Assembly: GCF_036321535.1 (NCBI RefSeq)
Contig: NC_087449.1
Span: 46,624,001-46,688,000 of the forward strand
Length of the DNA: 64,000 nt
DNA from: Camelus dromedarius
Lineage: Eukaryota
Reading direction: 5' to 3'
Position 1 is the stretch's first letter. Each line of letters starts with the position of its first letter. This document shows positions 47,421 to 59,802 of the stretch, piece by piece. Below the pieces are notes generated by a model that did not search any database, was not told where the DNA came from, and was given only the letters and a program-made list of their open reading frames with translations. A program made the translations under genes and the position numbers.

Positions 47421-50400
47421 CTCTGTGCTTTGAAGGCAGTGGACATATTTTATAGAATTTGTGGACGTATTTTAAAACCATTTCACCTGGCTTCAGAGAG
47501 GCCTTCCCTGACCACCATTTCTCTCCTCACTGCCACCCTCCTGGTACTCTGACTCATCACTCGGTATCACTACCTAAAATTACCTTGCTCATTAGTCTGA
47601 TTGTCTGTCTGCCCCAACCAGAAGCTAAGCTCCATGGGAGGGGGCCTTGTCTGTCTGCTCACCACTGTCACCCCAGGGTCTAGTGTAAGGGAGTGAGAGC
47701 CTGGTGAAGCTGGCTGACCAGGGGGCAGGGGATTATTTTGAGCAGAGACATCAGATAATAGGGCCTAGTGGGGGAGCCAGATGTGGGAACAGGTAAATTA
47801 CAAAGCATTATGACAATGCATATAGATGTGTGTTTAGGACGCATTAGGCTGGATCCTGACACTGTCACCCTGACTGAGGCCCTTGCTTTTGGCTCCTTCC
47901 TTGATGGAACTTTGCTTACCATTGAGAGTCCTGGAAAGGGGGGCTCTGTCTCTGGGCCGCAGTCACTAGCTCACCTGACTGTGATGCTCCTTTCAGCCTC
48001 TGGGTGGCAGCAGAGGCCCAGGCTTGGCTGAGCTCCCGGCTCCTGGCAGCTTCCACCATCAGAGGGAGCCAGCCGAGAAGCCATTCTCTGCTGACAGCCT
48101 CAGCTTGCTGGGTGGGGCGGAGGGGTGCTCAGGCCAAAAGTGTGGGCTGTTCCAGCCTGTTCTCCTGCCTCTGAGTGCTTTCCTACACTCTTCCCCCAGC
48201 TTCTCCTGCTCTACAAGTCTTCTTCCTGGAAGATGAGAGCAGAGGCGGGTAGGGGATAGGATGGGGGTGGACAGAACTTGCCTGACTTTTATGAAGGAGC
48301 TTGGACTTTACCCTAAGGTGATGGAAAGTTCACTGAAATGTTTGAAGCAGGGAAGCAATACAATCAAATCTGTGTTTGTAGAAAGGTCACTCTGGCTACA
48401 GGAGGCAGGATGATGGAGGCTGTGGCAATTGTCCAGGTGGGAGAAGGCCAGAGTCCGTTAGGAAACAGCCAGGCTCGGGGGTGGGGTGGGGTGGGAGGCA
48501 TCCCAGGGAGAGGCTGGGCTGAGTATGCGGAGGACGGGCAGTGCTGGACCCCAGAGGGTCCCCTGAGGCTGAGGGCTCAGGACACAGGTCCAGCCCAGAC
48601 AGGAGGGGGCAGCCCCCAATCCTACGTGGACTGGCTTGCCCAGGGGGATGTCAGGGCTGTGAACCAGGACCAGGAAGGCTGGGCCCATACCTGGAGCACA
48701 AGGTGAGGTGCTGACCTTGGCCACAGGCAGAATCTGCGACCAGGCCTGGACTCAGGAGGGCAGCTGGCCCAGTAGTCCCTGAAGACTGTTTTCCCATGTC
48801 CGTGGGTCCCAGCGGTGCTGTTCCGAGACATCAGGGAAGATGTGGGGAAGCCCAGAGGATTGGTTTGGGCTTGGCCCTGATACAGAGTTGACCACAGTCC
48901 TCCACTTTGCCACTGAGGGCTGAATCCATGGGTCCCCCTGGCCCTCACCCCACCTGGCTCCAGGTTCTCCGTCAGGGCTGCTGTGGAGCTGGAAGCTGCC
49001 TGTGTGATCACAGGTGGCCTTGTGCCCGGACACTGCAGCTGGGTGGGGTCTGGCAGAGCGCCTGGCTGCCTCTCAGGGCCCGGGGAGCTGGCTGCTCCTG
49101 CTTCCGGCCTGTGAGCTCGTGCTGTGGATGATGAAGGGTTTGTCTCTTTCCCTCTTCACCTGGGCTATTACCTATGTCTGGAACATTCTCCCCCTGCTCC
49201 CTTTTACCTGGCCAACTCCTATTCATCTTTTATGTCTCAGATTAGATGTCACCCCCTGGGAAACAAGTTTAGCTCCCCCCGTTATTCTTGCTCAGGGCAT
49301 CCTTTGCTTTTTCTGCAGTGCATTGATTACAAGTTATTATCCTTTTATTTGTGTGTGTGTGTCTGCGTTTTATCATCCTGATCCCCTAAGTGGACTGGAA
49401 GCTCCCTGGAGGCTGGGAGCATTTCTCTTTTACTCATCATATCTCCAGCCTTGGCCCCAGGCCTGGGACACTGTACGTATTCCAAGAATATTTGTTGAAA
49501 GAGAGAATGGAAGGAAGAATGAATGGAAGAAAGAATGGTTGCCTCTGGGGACACCTTAGGTGTGTTGGCAGTTCGTAAAGCTACAGAGTAAACCTGGCAT
49601 CTCCCTGGACCATCAGGTTTACCTGATGGTAAGGAATCAGAAGTGTTACATTTACTTACTAATTGAATATTTTATACTACAAAAAGTAATAGGTGTTCCT
49701 TGTCAAAATGCAATCAGTTGGCATTATTTTTATATTGACACAAACCCTGACCTATTCTGGAGTAGGATGCAAAGTTAACATGGTTTCAAAGAGAAAAGAT
49801 GAAGCTTCAAAGACATTTTGAGCTTAAGAGGGCTTGAGGTCCAAACCCCTGCAGGTCCAGGGCCACTCCTGTGGGTTGGGGCATTTCCATGGCATCGTCT
49901 AAGAAACCGTTGTCAGGCGGTTGTGCTGCTGTCAGTGTTGTAGCTGCAAAGCACGGGGCGCTGACTCCCACGGTGAGGCTGCGTCTGACTCCGAGACTCC
50001 GACTGAAAGCAAACACCAGCCTTCTGTAACGTGAAATCTGCCGCCCAGATCCATGGGCGGGGGCTTGGGGGAGAGTGTTTACATGCAGTGGGGCTGCAGG
50101 GGGGCTTTCTGGGAAGGGGGTATCAGGAAGGAAACCTCTGTGGTGGGGAAGTAACAAAAATCTTTCAAGCAGCCCAAAGAGGAAGGTGTACTTGCTGGGA
50201 GGGGTCAGCCGTTTCTGAGGTGTGGAGCTGGCTGCCCAGGGCCAGGGCCCTTCCTGCTGCAGAGAACCGGGGTGGAGTGTGGGTGGGGGGTGTGCCACTG
50301 GGTTGGCTGGGGTGGGCAAAACACAGCCACTCCAGGAGACCGGAAGTGAGTGAGCCACGGAGAATGACTGTGTTACGTGCAAAATGTGCAGCCCTGAGTG

Positions 50401-51166
50401 GAATAAAGAAGGTGGACTGCAGCTCTGGGTTCAAATCCCCAGCCATGCCACTTTTGGTTATTCGACTTTGGGTCAAGCTCTTTCCCTCTCTGAGCCTCAG
50501 TTTCTCCATCTGTAAAAGGGGGATCCTGATTGCCATCTTTAAGGGGTAACGAGGGTCTCATTAGGACTTTGCTTTGCATATCAGAATCACCCGGGTGGTG
50601 TTTAAAAAACTATACCCGGGCTTCAGTCCAGACCAACTGGATCAGAATCTCCAGGGGGTCGTTCCCAGCAGGCAGGATGCTTGACTAGCCCCCGGGTGGT
50701 TCTATGCTGCAGGCGGAGGGGAGAGCCCCTGTAAGAGGTGATCCCACCACAGCCATGGGAACACTTCCAGCGGAAGGAGCAGTTGATGTTTCCCAATTAA
50801 TCCAGAGCAGACGCTGCAGTCTTTGTGGTCAGTGGACACGCTGCTTTGTGCTCCTAATTGGGCAGCTCTCCTTTTCCAGGCTGTCTGCTCTTTGCTTGTG
50901 TCCGAGCTGTTGGGGACAGGGAGCAGCAAGTACACCCCTGGGGATGCAACTGCCTCTTGTCCTGTGGCCTTGGATGTGACACAGACCTACAGGGAGGTGA
51001 CACAGTGACAGACAAGGCCCAGAGCAAGGACCCCCTTTCCATTCCCCACTCCTAACAGAGCCAAAAAGATTGATTTAAACTTCATGGCCCCAGCCACCTG
51101 GAGGGGCTTATAGAAACAGAGATTTTTGGCCCCCCCACCCAGAGTTCAGATTCAGTCCGTATGGCA

Positions 51167-51654
51167 TGTTAAAGGAAAAAATAATCAGTGCCTCTTGTTA
51201 AAGCACAGTATGGAAGACTTTATTCAGGGCGGGGGAGGCGGGTACCATCCTCATAAATGTAGGGACCAGGGCAATGGGATTTTGCAGTGAGGGAGAGAGG
51301 TTAGGCTCAAGTCCAAATACAGCGTGGACAAGTGGGAACTTCTAGCCAAAAAGCAGGTTGGGGGTCAGTGAATGGAAAATTACTGCGAGATAACATCAGA
51401 GGTGAGGGGGGATTTTGGCAAAACCAACCAAGCAGGATTCTTGCTGAAGGCTGGAGCCAGGGTGATCAGACATCATGTGAGGGACAGTGGAGGATGGGGA
51501 ATCTGATCAGGTATGAAGGTTGGGGGTTTCCGGTTAGACTGACTTGGCAGGATTCTTGCTAAAATTGGACAATGCAGAGATGAACATGGAAACAACTGAA
51601 AAAGAGCTCAGGGGAGCCTGGATAGAGTTTGGTTGAAGAGAAAGTCTTTGCTGA
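51167..51654. mobile_element. ERV1-type LTR splitting a MER5A
   Basis: tgttaaaggaaaaaataat...gactttattcagg...agtctttg; MER5A halves at about 51065-51166 and 51655-51735. No clean TSD seen. Confidence 0.7.
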
Positions 51655-52359
51655 GAGAAGGACCAAAAATGTGTATTTCTACCAAATTCCCAAGAAATGC
51701 TACTGGTCCTGGGACTGCATTTTGAGAATCACCCAGTTAAAGAGCAACCAAGAGAGAAGCCAGGCAGACAGACGGACAGACAGAATCTGGAACAGAGAGA
51801 CTTAGATACATACTGTCCCCTTTCACACATACTCAGGGCCAGAGAGAGAGAGACTGGGAGAAACAAGGCCAGGAGGTGACAGTCAAGTTGACCGATGAAC
51901 GTGCTCTGAGGCAAAGGTACTGAGGCCAACCGACAGGACCTGGGCAAGGGTCTACCCCCGTCGTGGCCCTTGGGGAGCTCATAAGCAGTGGCTCCTCCTC
52001 TCTGTTCTGGGTTTGCCCAGACGGGACCCTGCTCTTTCACTCAAGGTTTGGTTCCTCTGCCCTCCTCCAGGAAGCCTTCCTGGCTGTGCCGCCCATGGGC
52101 CCTTGTCTCCCGGAGTCCTGAGGCTCCAGCTTCTTGGGCTCTCTGTGGACCTTTCAGGGCTTTGGCTCCTTGTTCTGCTGTGACTCTGGGTTCAGTGTGA
52201 TGTCCCTGCTGGCCTCAGTGTCTCCATGTGGGAAATGTGGGTGGGGGTTGACTGAGCGACCCCTAGTCCCCCTCCATTTGAAATAATTTGTTTGACTCCC
52301 TCTCTCATACCCTTTTTTGAATCACGTTCCCATGTCCGTGAAACCTGCTGGAGTGAGGA

Positions 52360-52360
52360 G

Positions 52361-52393
<33 letters not shown>

Positions 52394-52395
52394 TA
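52360..52395. repeat. (AT)n(AC)n compound microsatellite
   Basis: Directly visible. Confidence 0.95.
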
Positions 52396-53249
52396 TAATA
52401 TATGCATAGTAAGACATACATAAAATATAAATTAAAAAGGATGAGATAAAAATACATATAGAAGTTACAACATGTGGATATTCTTCCTCCCCTGGGAGAC
52501 CTCTACTCTACTTTGTAAACCCCCTGAAGCCATCTCTGTTTCCTGTCGCCCACACAGGGCTTTCTTGGCCCCAGGGGAGCTGTTCTGTGATTTTTCAGTA
52601 ATAACAGTAATAGAATATTTACTCAGCATTCATGATGAACTAGGGACAGTGCTAAGCGATTTCTGTAAATTAGCTGTTTTAAGCCCCTTCACAGCCCACT
52701 GAGGGTCATCTCTACCTCCCAGGAGGGGAGGCTGAGGCACAGAGACCGTCAATAACTTGCCATGAACTAGCAGCCAGTAGACGGTGCGGTGGGGATTTGA
52801 ACCCGGTCTGGCCGCGGAAGGCGTTTCTACCTCTGAGGCCTGGGCCCCCAGCCTGTGTGCTTCCAGAAGGTGGAGGCCATACCATCTGTTTTCATTAAAA
52901 CAGCTGCTAAATATTCTCGGAGGACTTCCCTGGGCCCACGCCAACATCACCTCACCTGTTCCTTCCCAGACCCCTCGGGGTCAGTACTCCTGTTCTTAAA
53001 AAGCCTGAATGAACTCTGGAGGCAGTGCCTTCCCCGTGGCCTGGCTGGGGCACTCTCAGGCTGCCCTAGCTAAGCCAGAAGGTGTGATTTATCCATGAAA
53101 CACATTAAGAGATGCAGCATCAAGTTGCCCTAGAAACTAGACTCTAGTTAAGTGCCTGAAAAGTAATTATAAACTCCAGAATATCTTTCAGCCGAGCAGG
53201 TGGCTGGAAAATTAGAAATCTATTTCTGAGACACCTTCTGCTTTCCAGA

Positions 53250-53720
53250 AAGGCCGAGGTGATGTTTCAGGCAGGGCCGAGCGCTGCTGGCCTCGGTGGA
53301 ATGTGTGTGTGCGCGCGCGCGCGGATGTGCGCGAGTGTGTGTGTGTGTGCGCGCGCGCGCGCGCGCGCACCGGGTGTAGCAGGGAGGGGCGCGGGAGAGC
53401 CGCCAGTCTGGGGGCGTCGCCGTGGCGCCCGCCCTTCCTTGGCGCTCCCTGCAGTGCGGGGGCGGCAAAGCGCCTCGTCTCCCGTGTCACCCCGCCGAGA
53501 GTTGGGTTGCTAGGACACCGGAGCTGAGGAGTTGCCAGCTGATTTGCCAAACAATTTTTCTTCCAATTAGGAATAATTAGGCAAGGGGAGAAAGGGCTCC
53601 CTTGGATGGTGGCAAACAGGCTTGGAGCTCGCGGACCCCCAGGAGCCATCAGCGCTCCGTGGCCGAAGATGCCCTGAAGTATTGTCTCCCCCGCCCCAAC
53701 CTCCGCCCCGCACAGGAGCC
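53250..53720. promoter_or_regulatory. Orphan CpG island with Z-DNA-prone tract
   Basis: CpG-dense segment with GC boxes and alternating purine-pyrimidine runs at 53301-53370; no supported coding ORF. Confidence 0.7.
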
Positions 53721-54699
53721 TTTCTTTGCACCCACAACACCCAGCTCGCAGAAGGGGAAAGAGAACTCACATTTATTAAGCGTCTACCACACGTCGGGCG
53801 TCATGCCCACTGCCTTCTAAGCAGGATCCTTTTCCAAGCTCGTGACAAGCCCGGAAGAGTGACGAGCATCTTCTGCTATGATTCCTTTAATGCTCGCCAG
53901 CCTTGCTGGGCTTCCCCGGTCCCGAAACTTCTGGGCGTAAGAAGGGTTCTGCCACGTGCCCTTCTCTCTACCTGGGTGCTCTTGCTCCTCCTCTCTGCGG
54001 AACGAGCTCCTTCTTCTCCTTAGCGTGACCCTTGTTATCCAAAGAGGTCCCCTCCCCTGCTTGTTCCCCCTCACCTCCGTGCTCATCTGCTTTATGGCAC
54101 TCATCACAGCTTAAAATTGTTTTGTATGTTTCTCATCTGTCTTCCTAGCTGGAATGTCAGAGTCATGAGGACAGGGGACAGAGTATGTGTCACTCGTGGC
54201 ACAGTTCCTGGCACACAAAAGACTCTCCACACCTCTTTGTTGAATGAATGAATGAATGAATGAATGAACAAATGAGGTTCTCTGTGTTTTTGCAGGGAAG
54301 CTGGAGCTAACCGAATCTAAGGTTCCTCCCTGTGGTCTGCAGCTAGGAAGTGGCAGAGTCAGGCCTGGGTCCTATGCTGACCTTCCTCCCAGGCTGGTTC
54401 TCTCCCTGAGGCATCGTGCTGCCTGGGTCTGTGCACCTCTCCCAGAAGGCCTGTTGCATCTCGCACGCCTCCCCCTGCAAGAGGGCAGGCAGCAGGGTCT
54501 CCTGCAGTTCTTAGATTTGGGGATTCCAAATGATGGCTCTGTGGCAGTGTAGGGTAGTGGCCCCTGGAGTCAACTTGCCTGGGTTCAAATTCTAGATCTG
54601 CCAATTTCTAGCTTTTGACTCTGGGCCTCAGTGTTCCCATCTGTGATGGGGGACCTGTTTCCTACGGCTATTGTGAGAGTATGTTGAGATAACATACAG

Positions 54700-55127
54700 G
54701 AAGTGCCTCCTGCATTCTGAGTTCCAGAAGCAGCAGGGGTGACACACGGCCCACTGTGTGCCTGCCTGTGACACATCAGGGGCCGCATCATGCAACCCTT
54801 TGGGTGACTGGTATCAATTATTCTGCCTGGAATCTGAGGCCCCCAGTTCTTAATTGCTCCACTATTAGGAAAATAGAGAGAGGCTAGTGGGTGTGGAAGA
54901 GCCTTGAACAGTGTCTGGCTCCCAACCTGCTGGACCATATGGGTGAGCCATATTGGAAGTACACGCTCCAGCCCCAGTTGGGTCATCTAAGCTGATGCCA
55001 CACGAGGCAGAGATGAGCTGTTCTCATTGAGCTCTGCCAACATTGCAAAACTGGGAGCAAATAAATGGTTATTGTCTTATGCCATTAAGTTTTGGGGTGG
55101 TTTGTTACAGAGCCAAGATTGGCCACA
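54700..55127 (+). mobile_element. MLT1 LTR (old subfamily)
   Basis: 3' end aaataaatggttattgtcttatgccattaagttttggggtggtttgttac. Confidence 0.7.
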
Positions 55128-55456
55128 TAATTTAAGGTGCTCCCCTCCCAGATCTTTGCTTGGGTGGCTCTTGGTCATTCTTACCACCTCCTAAGAGAGG
55201 TTTCCCCTGACCACTCAATCTGAGGCAGCCCCTCCCTGCAGCTAGTAGCTTTCTATCATGCCATCCTCTCTTATTTTCTTCATATACTTTTAACTATTTG
55301 AAATTATCCTGTCTGTTTCCTCGTTTATGAGCTATCTCTTTTGGCAAGATTGAGAAGTTCCAGGAGTGGACTTTGCCTTCCCCATGCCTGGCACGCAGTA
55401 GGCCTTCAACAAATCTTTGGTGAAATAATCACCCTCATATATCTGTTATGAATTCT

Positions 55457-55880
55457 GTATTTGTTTCCTCTTCTTGTTGTGGCAGATCACCACAAGCTTT
55501 GTGGCTTAAAACAACAACGGATATATTATCACAGTTCTAGAGGTCAGTATAAAATGGGTGAGCAGGCTGTGTTCCTTCTGGAGATTCTAGGGGAGGATCT
55601 GTTTCCTTGCCTTTTCGAGTTTCTCCAGGCTTCCCACAGTCCTTGGCTTGTGGCCTTGTGGCACCCCAACCTCTGCTTCTTTGACCACCTCTTCTCTTCT
55701 TGCCTGACTCTCCTGCCTCCTTCTTGTGGAGATCCTTGTGTATACGTTGGGCTCACCGAGAAAAGCCGGAATGATCTCCCCACTTTAAGAGCCTTGACTT
55801 AATCAAACCTGCAGAGTCTCTTCTGCCTTGTAAGGTATGTCCGCAAATCCCCAGGACTGAATCATGGACATGTTTGGGTG
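55457..55880 (-). mobile_element. MLT1 LTR
   Basis: caccacaagctttgtggcttaaaacaac...cacagttctagagg...tgtttccttgccttttc. Confidence 0.75.
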
Positions 55881-57947
55881 CTGTTATGTGGGCTTCCACA
55901 GGCCTGATGCCCATCTGTCTTTTTCAGTGATTTCTTCTCTTTCCCCCTCCTCCCCTTGCCCCAGCCCCGGCCCCGGGCTTCATGGCAGGCATGGGGAGAC
56001 TGCCTCAGGAGACAGGCCAGGAATTCTCTTCCCCAGCAGGCCTTGACCATGAAATCTGGGAGGGTTAAGGGGATTCTAAGACTTTTCAAAGTTTAATATG
56101 CTGGTGTTCTGGTGCCCTGCATTACTGCTAAGAAGCAGAACGCAGTCAGCTTTTGTTAGTGTGCCAGTGTTATTTCAGTATTTAAAAAAATCTGAATCCC
56201 GGACATCTGAGGCCTACCCAGAGAATTATATGCTGTGTTAAGATTTCCAACCGAACCAAGCTGCCCTCGTTCAGAAAGCATTCTGAGCCCATCTCGGCCC
56301 TTTGTGGACCCTTCCCAGATCCCTCACTGCAGTTTTCATCCCCACACCCTGGATAACAATGAGGGTGGGTGTCTGAATATCCTTTCCTGCATTTCAGTCA
56401 CTTGTATTTCCTTCTGAGCCACTTTGAGCCTCTGATGGAATCTGCCTGGGATTGGGGTGGGGATGGGATGGTGGGGTGCAGAGGACTTTAGGGACAGTGG
56501 GAAGAGGGTTTTGCAAGGTGACATAAGGGAAAAGAGAGGGTGAAGGTGGAGATTTCCCAGTGGAATTCACAGTGCTTCTCTGCTCTCTTCACTAATTTAT
56601 GTAACAAACCCTCGTATAAAATTTCACAGGTGCCAGGCTCCTTTCTAAGCATTTTGTAATATTAACTAATTTACTCCCCCAAGCAACCCATTAAAGTCGG
56701 TACTGTCCTTTTCCCTGCTTTACAGGCGAGGGCGTGGAGAGGGCGGGTAACTTGGTTAAGGTCACCAGCCAGCGAGGCGCAGCCTGGGGTTAGACCCATG
56801 ACTTTATCACTGGATGAGCCTGTATTATCCCGATGGCTAAATTCCCTATGGTCTCCCCGCCTTTTCCCTCCTGAGCCAGCTGCTTCTTCATGGGGCCTGC
56901 TCCTTCCTTTCCGATCATTTATTTTGACCAGGTCCTTCTTCTGCTAGTATCCTACCTGGAGAGACTCAAGTTGGAGGAACCAAGGAAGCTTAGACACGGA
57001 TCCTGCCCCATCTTGGGTGGAATGACCTCTGAGGACCATGTGTGAGGTTCAGTGGTAACCATAGCCTGCTTTTAACAAAATGTTGCTATGAGTACTAGTC
57101 TTTTGATAGCATGCAAACTAATTACTGAGATACAGCAGTTGACTGTTTTGCTCTAGAATTGCAGCCTCTGGGCCAGGATCAGAGCCTCATTAATCATTAG
57201 GCCATCTGGGTAGTGACCGCAAGAACCCATCTCTGAAGAATTTCAGACATCTGTGGAAAAAGTTAGGAATAAACTGAGGTGCCACACAAGACTCGGTATA
57301 GAGCTGGCGAGCTGAGATATAAATGAGTCCTACTTCTGCTAAGGGAGGCAACCCCCTCCAAGGGAACACTGTACAACATCTTCGGCATGCCTTGTTTCTT
57401 TCACTCTTCATAGCAGTGAAGTTTTCATCATTATGCACATTTTACAGATGAGGCCATTGAGGCTCCAAGAGGCTCAGCAAGCTACCCAAAATCATGGCTA
57501 GTAAGAGGCAGAGCTGGGCATGAACCGGGATTGCCTGTGTACAGTGCCTGGGCTTTTAATGCAGTTGCCTCCAAAGACATGGATGGAGAGGGGGGTCTTG
57601 GCGAGGATACAACCTGACAAGTCCTCCTTTTGTTGCATCTCACAGCCAGTATGGGGTAAAAGTGTCTTCAGCAAACTCAGGTCTGTGCCCAGTAAGGACC
57701 TGTCTGTTACGGAGGTATAAGCGTCATGGCTGGGAGAAAGGGGAAGGGATGGTTGATGAGGAAACCTTACAAAAGAGTTGGCATTTGAATGGGGTCTTTG
57801 GTATGTGGAAGGGGTATTTCCTTTTATGACTGCATGCTCATGTGTGAGCTCATTCAGTACATGTCCCCTGAGCCCCTACTGTGTGCCAGACACCATGCTG
57901 GGCACATAGTACATGGTGGTGAGTAGAGGAGACATTGCCCTGCTCTA

Positions 57948-58130
57948 AGCTGCAGTCTAGAACTTTCTGTGATGATGGAAATGTTCACACTAGGCAGTAG
58001 ACACTAGCCACGTGTGGCTACTGAGCACTGAAAATGTGGCTAGTTTGAGGAACCGAATTTTTGGTTTTATTTAATTTTAATTAATTTAAGTGTAAATAGT
58101 CTCATGCGGTTTCTCTATTGGACAGTACTA
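57948..58130. mobile_element. MER3-like hAT-Charlie MITE
   Basis: tagaactttctgtgatgatggaaatgttc...cactagccacgtgtggctactgagcac...ttaattttaattaatttaag...attggacag. Confidence 0.8.
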
Positions 58131-58859
58131 GCTTAGGGAGAAAGACAGACATGAACATAAAGAAATTGCTTACGGTGGTAAGTGCTATGCAGGAAACAAG
58201 ACACGGTGGATTTCAAATGATGGGGGTTATCCTGTTTAGATTGGAAAATCAGGGAGACCTCCCTTGAGGAGGTGGCATTTCAGTAGAGACCTAGAGGATG
58301 TGTGTGGGCCATTGGAAGAGTCAGGGAAAGAGGATCCCAGGCAGAAGGAGCAGTGTGCGGGAAGGTCCTGAGAGAGACCCTGAAAGGAGGCAATGTGGTG
58401 AGAAGGGGAGGAGGGGTGCGAATGAGGTCAGGGCATGAGAGATAGAGGTCTGATCTTGTACACTTGCGAGTATGGGTGAGGAGTCTGCATTTTAGTTAGA
58501 GTGTGGTGGATGCCACTGAAAGTTCTTTTCCTCCAGACTGCCATGTGGAGGATGGATTGTAGGTGGCCACTGTGAAAGTGAGGACGCTGGGGAAGGGGCT
58601 ATGGCAGTGATGCAGATGAGAGATGGTGCAGGGAGTAGAATGATGGCTTCGGAGATGAGAGAAGTGATCAGTTTTATGGATGATCTGGATGAGGAGGACG
58701 AAGAAGGTGACGAAATTGAGGGTGATGCTCAGGTTTTTGGTTGAGCCACCGGGCAAATGGTGGCACCACTTTCAAAGAAAAGAAAACTAAAAAGAAATCA
58801 GAAGTCCAGGCTGTTGGTCACCCAGAAGGTTGTCAAAGTCAGAGAGAACGTGGAATGTT

Positions 58860-59440
58860 TATTTGACTGTGTTGCATCTCTGTGAACTGTGTCTGTACAC
58901 ATGCTCCACGGAGGCGGGCGAGCATTCATGTCTGTGCACATCTTTGCTTTGAGTAAAGTCAACGCATACATTTGGTGCGGGATGACTGCGTATGCATATT
59001 AATGTCTATATTTTGGATGCACGTATGTGAATGTGCACATGTGTCCTGGAAGATGAGAGTGGGATTGGTGCACGTGAGCATTTGTATCTGTGTGTGCGCA
59101 GGTTGTCAGGTGACTAGTGTGCAAGTCTGTGTGCGTGGGTGAACACAGCAGGTGTGTATATGCCCAGGGAGAGGCTGAATGTAGTGGCGTATCTCTTCCT
59201 GTAGGGGTGTGTGCACACATCTATTTGGGGGACCAAGTGCACAGATCTTCATGCGTCTGTCCATGGGGAGAGTGCATGTACCTGTGAGCACAGGTGTGAA
59301 GGTGTGTGTTTCAGGATGGGCACATGCAGTGTGTGTGCCCATCAGTGTGTGGCGAATGTGCCTGCCTGTGCCCGTTGGGGCTCCTGTGCCCGCAAGTCAT
59401 GGAGGCAGCAGCTTGCCGAGCATGTTATGACATGTTTATA
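58860..59440. repeat. Degenerate TG/CA-rich low-complexity tract
   Basis: Repeated tgtg, tgca, catg and cacg words over about 580 bp; a similar tract lies at 11440-11620. Confidence 0.7.
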
Positions 59441-59745
59441 GGTCTCTCAACCTGAATGCATTTTAAATTTCCAACCCTAGGCGATCCCGGTGGACTGCAG
59501 GGCCATTTGTTTCTTGCTCTGCTTTAAGAAGGAAGTTTCCAGAGTAAGATCCCTTCTGCCTCTAGCCTGGCAGCCCCGTCTGATTCTTGAGGATCCCTGA
59601 TGGAAGGAATATGCAGACCAAGGTTCCAAACTGGTGCAGATTGGGGCACTGAAAGCAGGCTGGGGAGAGGGGCTCTTGAGTATGAGGAGGAGGAGGTGGT
59701 AGAGGCTGGGGTGGTAGTGGGGATGACGAGGTGGGAAGAACCCAA

Positions 59746-59802
59746 ACTTACAGCAGAAACTGACACATCATTGTAAACTGACTGTACTTCAACTAAAAAG
59801 AA
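59746..59802 (+). mobile_element. Ultra-short L1 3' tail (about 57 bp) with TSD
   Basis: cagcagaaactgacacatcattgtaaactgactgtacttcaactaaaaag; TSD aagaacccaa at 59736-59745 and 59803-59812. Confidence 0.8.

Noticed and set aside
49014-50549. ORFs of 172-191 aa (49014-49559, 49807-50382, 50031-50549)
   Set aside because: Overlap L2/MIR sequence, overlap each other on opposite strands, and show no domain or exon structure.
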